A stretch of DNA of 64,000 bases from Rhina ancylostomus (taxonomy: Eukaryota). Location: positions 93,278,239-93,342,238 of the forward strand of contig JARFYF010000074.1 in NCBI GenBank assembly GCA_030265395.1, read 5' to 3'. Numbering within the stretch: the stretch's first letter is position 1; each line of letters begins with the position of its first letter. Position numbers and translations under genes: made by a program. Positions 61,401 through 64,000 of this stretch are shown here, one piece after another. The notes under the pieces are model-generated. The model made no database searches, was not told the DNA's origin, and worked only from the letters and a program-made list of their open reading frames with translations.

Positions 61401-63188
61401 ATTGTTGCTTTTAAAAACTAGACCGATACATATATCAAAAGAAACAAATGAGAAGTTAGGATATTTTATGTACGTAGGTGTAATTTTTAGGTTGTGGAAT
61501 TCATTCTAGAAAGAATGGTGGAACAATAATTTGTAGAAGTATTTAAAAGGGATGAGGTTAATATTTGCAAAAAGGTAAATTATCCCCAGGAAGTGGGAAA
61601 ACAACAACTGGAGCAAAGTGATTCCACCTTCAGCAGACAGGCACATGAAACAGGTTGAATAATCTGAGTGATATCTTTAAAGAAACATGATTCTGAATGG
61701 AAGGAATTAGCTTTATTACCTGTTTAATTATGGGATCCCAAATTAAACACTTAATCAAATATTAAACAAGACATCATCACAGCATGGTAAAGGGGACTGA
61801 CTTATCAGGGGTTCATAGTTGGTGGAGGTAGGGAACCATAAACTGTGAGCAGAAGTGCACTTCATTCATATATTGGTATAAGAGGGGTAATTTTGTAGAG
61901 CATGGACAGCATGGAATTGGTGGGTCAAATAGTGCTGGCCATGACCAATATTGCTGGAAGAACTACCAATGTTCAGCTGTTCCCATGCAAGATGTAGACA
62001 AATTTGCTACGATTCCTGGACCTCCTGAGTCACAGATGCTATTGCATTTGTTGCTCCAATCCATTGCTGGTCTCCACATGGAGTTCATCAGTGAAACCCA
62101 GACCTGATGTGGTTCCCAGCATTACCCAAGGAATGTACCATTCCAATTCTATGGGAGTCAGATGTGGTGTACAGTCAGAGAATCCACACATTTCAGGGGG
62201 GCTTCTCAGTCTGGAAAATGGAGATGATGTGTTTTTATTTAAATTATTTTATTTTAATTCTTTTATTATTTTATTGATTTGTACATATTTCAGTGGTTTA
62301 AGCAACTTGCAATTTTTAATCAATCATATCATTTTGAATATTTTAATGCCTTATTGATATTAGAGACATTTAAAACTGTAAAAGAAATAGTCTTACAGAA
62401 GACATAGCTTCAGCCCAGCTACGCCTTCTGTCAAAGTCAGGATATTCCAGGAGTGGAGCCACACCAGGCTGAAACCTTGCAAATCTCAACCAGTTTAGCA
62501 AGGTCAGCCCTTTGCACCGATTGGGGTAAGTTTGGGTGGAGACCCTAGGTCATGATTCTGAATGGTGAGCTGGCATCAGCACGATCTAGGCCATTGTTGA
62601 GGGTGGACTGTAGTTGGGTGGTTCATCTTGCTGACCCCTGTCCAAGGGTGAAAATACCGAAGGGTAGCAGGCCAATGATAAACAGAATGAGGGCAAGGAT
62701 AAAATTAGGTGAACAACACAGGAATAATCCAAGCAGCTGATATTGGGATAGATACAAATAGCTCCAGAGAATGGAATTATTAAGGGCAGGCAAAGTAGAA
62801 GAAATGAACAGATGACTGTCAGAAGTGTCAAAAAGATCAAACAGGACAAGGAATATAAACAAATATTTTGCTGCTTTAGTCATTTAAAACTCCTTTATTT
62901 ATGAAATATAGTGTGATTGCAAACATTTGACACTTGTATTGGAATATCAACACAGGCAGGAACAGGCCAATCAGTTCCCAAGTTTAAAAATAGCACTAAG
63001 TCTACAATACAAACTCCTATCTCTACCTTATCAATATCTTCATCTTCCTCATCCTCCTCCTCCTCCTCAGAGAAGTCCAGCATCTTTTTGGCAAGCAACG
63101 GATGCCACTGAAGACACTTCCGTTTTGGTCTCTTTCCAGTTCCATCGCCATCTGCTGAGTGGTCTTTATTTCTGCTGCTGGCTTTCAT
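31376..63188 (-). CDS. BBX: HMG-box transcription factor BBX (bobby sox homolog), full coding span, 12 exons
   Basis: N-terminus MKASSRNKDHSADGDGTGKRPKRKCLQWHPLLAKK, HMG box RARRPMNAFLLFCKRHRSLVRQ, RKSERACKGALYKTLVSEGMLTSLRANVDR and C-terminus PVLISCADQ* all match vertebrate BBX; all visible intron phases are compatible. Confidence 0.97.
32258..32332 (+). repeat. (GAGAGAGAGACA)n microsatellite beside a gap
   Basis: Direct reading. Confidence 0.95.
33399..33606 (-). CDS. BBX: BBX exon
   Basis: (D)LTKEKMSC...PTFFSLAALAEVAAMENAH(R); AG and GTGAGA sites, phase 1/2. Confidence 0.92.
34535..34720 (-). CDS. BBX: BBX exon
   Basis: (A)IVPQDTN...QEPLVGSQKRKARKTKITHLIRTADGRLSPAG; donor GTGAGT, phase 1/1. 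Confidence 0.93.
35700..35771 (-). CDS. BBX: BBX exon (72 nt)
   Basis: (G)SSPSQKIVSKFKHQKDTLHLTDK, similar to the human KIVSKYKHKK exon; tttttAG and GTACTA sites, phase 1/1. Confidence 0.8.
38250..39024 (-). mobile_element. Penelope-like element (GIY-YIG N-part, gap, pseudo-LTR with hammerhead-like motif 38337-38374)
   Basis: Minus strand FQVRQRFTCES..IYYIRYSQCGLLYIGET; pseudo-LTR CAGTG-CTGATGA-AGGGTCTTGACCC-GAAACATT-GACTG. Confidence 0.88.
39282..39430 (-). CDS. BBX: BBX exon
   Basis: LGNLEQEFEKKFNSLPQYSPVTFDRKNTTVTRKKKKN...; phase 2/1. Confidence 0.93.
40079..40217 (-). CDS. BBX: BBX exon
   Basis: (G)KKASGKGGSSDHEGCWKEEDWSFS...; donor GTAAGA, phase 1/2. Confidence 0.93.
41215..41385 (-). 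mobile_element. Solo Penelope pseudo-LTR
   Basis: Same family as 22260-22430 and 38250-38430 (GCTGGAGGAACTCAGCGGG..GGCAGCATCTATGGAGGGAAAT). Confidence 0.85.
41281..41318 (-). ncRNA. Minimal type I hammerhead ribozyme motif (Penelope-associated)
   Basis: Minus strand CAGUC-CUGAUGA-AGG(GUCUCAA)CCU-GAAAC-GUC^GACUG: helix I CAGUC/GACUG, intact core, helix II AGG/CCU, palindromic ACGU in place of helix III. Confidence 0.8.
43260..43660 (+). mobile_element. PIF/Harbinger transposase relic
   Basis: Frameshifted motifs in the expected order: SYLGLSDEQC, MEAKIMMSLSLLATGSIQGSMTDLC (cf. ALxFxATGSFQxxxGDLC), GFATITG, AAIDY (cf. GAIDCTH), FINS/KGLHSFNV (cf. NRKGFHSxNVQ). Confidence 0.7.
44666..45447 (-). 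CDS. BBX: BBX large central exon (10-N gap artefact at 45162-45171)
   Basis: MCSDRLVTEGVK...KKKKKKK...SSESDIDSLMYTIDAVAKGDWG...LRANVDR; frame is restored (763 nt) if the Ns and the duplicated AAATGTCTG are collapsed; donor GTAAGT. Confidence 0.92.
46653..46733 (-). CDS. BBX: BBX exon (81 nt, phase 0/0)
   Basis: ISSSTAQPGVPDSTKQCGNSALFQLAE; cAG and GTATGT sites. Confidence 0.92.
48124..48191 (-). CDS. BBX: BBX exon
   Basis: (D)PTQMGGLSMLLLAGEHALTAKE; donor GTAAGT. Confidence 0.94.
48540..48810 (-). mobile_element. tRNA-derived V-SINE
   Basis: Minus strand GGCACAGTAGTGTAGCTGTTAGC..CCCGGGTTCAATTCCC (A and B boxes), then GGAGTTTGAACGTTCTCCC..TTTCCTCCCACATTCCAAAG. Confidence 0.8.
50353..50551 (-). 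CDS. BBX: BBX exon (end of HMG box)
   Basis: YKDAFLKANPGYKWCPTTNKPLKSP...EEMPQINFAMA; phase 0/1. Confidence 0.95.
53895..54920 (-). mobile_element. Decayed CR1 LINE
   Basis: Reverse-strand CR1 3'UTR and RT core (ISKFADE-like motif at ~54778-54800). Confidence 0.7.
55490..56575 (+). mobile_element. CR1 LINE RT to 3' end
   Basis: WIEDWF..HGSFLGPQL..NDL..ISKFVDD..EWAKTYQIEFNV..PHLEYCV; CR1 3'UTR at ~56480-56575. Confidence 0.9.
57188..57430 (-). CDS. BBX: BBX HMG-box exon (3' end lies in gap 57143-57292; lower coordinate inferred)
   Basis: Acceptor 57432-57431; DALMSTEGLEHEADETDDDSSEQRARRPMNAFLLFCKRHRSLVRQ. Confidence 0.88.
58620..60940 (+). mobile_element. Decayed CR1 LINE (ORF1 esterase end, AP endonuclease, RT start), interrupted at ~58920-59110
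   Basis: GEDPVITVHMGING, LLLNACSIQNKTDELK and PENYRPVNLSS motifs with many stops. Confidence 0.8.
58922..59103. mobile_element. Palindromic Penelope-derived short element nested in CR1
   Basis: AAAACAGAAAATGCTGGAAACACTCAGGAGGTCAGGCA is mirrored by TGTCTAACCTGCCGAGTATTTCCAGCATTTTCTGTTTT. Confidence 0.75.
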
Positions 63189-63370
63189 GGTGCTGTGCTG
63201 CATAACATAAATAGAAACAGCACATGATTAGCAACTCGGGACATCATGGTACATCAGAACTGTAGTGGCATATTGCGATACACCTAACCCCAGGCATGGA
63301 TACTAATCTTCAAATTAAAGAAATATGAGCAACTGTGGCACACCTCATTGTTACAGAGATTCATATTATG
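61070..63370. repeat. Dispersed ~120 bp direct repeat (61070-61192 and 63251-63370)
   Basis: CACCTAATCCCAGGGTTGGATACTAATCTTCAAAT..GAGCAACTGTGGCATATCTCA vs CACCTAACCCCAGGCATGGATACTAATCTTCAAAT..GAGCAACTGTGGCACACCTCA. Confidence 0.85.
63027..63188 (-). CDS. BBX: BBX first coding exon (exon starts 63197)
   Basis: ATG 63188; MKASSRNKDHS...FSEEEEEDEEDEDIDK, 162 nt, donor GTAGAG. Confidence 0.96.
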
Positions 63371-64000
63371 GTTCAGAGATCTGTGAGAGCAACAGCTCCC
63401 TCTAGCGCACAACAGTCAGCCAGTAACAAGCAGAAAGGAACAGCATTCTTAGCACTCGCTGGCTTGCTGCAGAGGTTCTTAAAGGGGAAGCCCTCTCCTG
63501 AATGATGTCTCTGCACACTATCAGGATGGCTTAAAAGGAATCTACACAATTTCATTTCTATCGTTTTTTATTCCAGAATTTGCGAATTTGCGAACTGAAG
63601 TTTATCTAGAATATCAATAATTGATAAAGATAAGTTAATGAAATAGATGGTCGCTCACTTGCCAATCTCACATACAATTTCACAAAAAAAAATCACTTGA
63701 GCAGGCCCTGGTTCATTGATGAGCCACAAAAATCAACGACATCACAACAGTGCATCTACTAGTTCAGATCCTGGCATTTTGCAGATATGAGAATGTAGCT
63801 TAGAAGTCTACAGGTATGTTATAATCACAAGTGCACTGCAGGTAGGCTGGGGAAAGGGGAGATCAAGTCAGCTCCCCACAGGATTAGTTTTTGCAGTGGT
63901 TTTGCTTCAGGGAACCCAGATGAATGATTGGGATGGACAGCCTATAGACTGATGTACATAAACAGAGATGCTTGGGGCATTGTCTAGCCCACTGGCAATC

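Overview
Vertebrate genomic DNA from a gappy draft assembly. The repeat complement (CR1, Rex/L2, Penelope, V-SINE, Deu-SINE) points to a cartilaginous fish, probably a ray; this is inferred. Two genes lie tail to tail. (1) On the minus strand, BBX (HMG-box transcription factor bobby sox) has 12 traceable coding exons from 63188 to 31376 (~785 aa, if the HMG exon that ends in a gap has the human length) and an apparent ~8 kb transposon-free 3'UTR. (2) On the plus strand is an immunoglobulin-superfamily receptor gene that the ORF track shows only in pieces: leader (7424-7481), germline-joined VJ-type V exon (9383-9748), C1-set exon (from 11720), Cys-stalk plus Arg-bearing transmembrane exon (15233-15337) and a very short tail. 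Its architecture resembles a non-rearranging TCR chain, with a CD28/TMIGD2/NKp30-like V domain. Its C1 exon has no splice donor and runs to a stop beside a LINE relic. Also present: a ~440 bp-arm inverted repeat (1566-3122), a CpG-rich promoter-like island inside the receptor gene, Penelope-derived minimal hammerhead ribozyme motifs (one intact and sense within a BBX intron), a Harbinger transposase relic and many decayed retroelements. Exon coordinates were read from splice sites; repeat boundaries are approximate. Protein-family comparisons are from recalled sequences, not searches.
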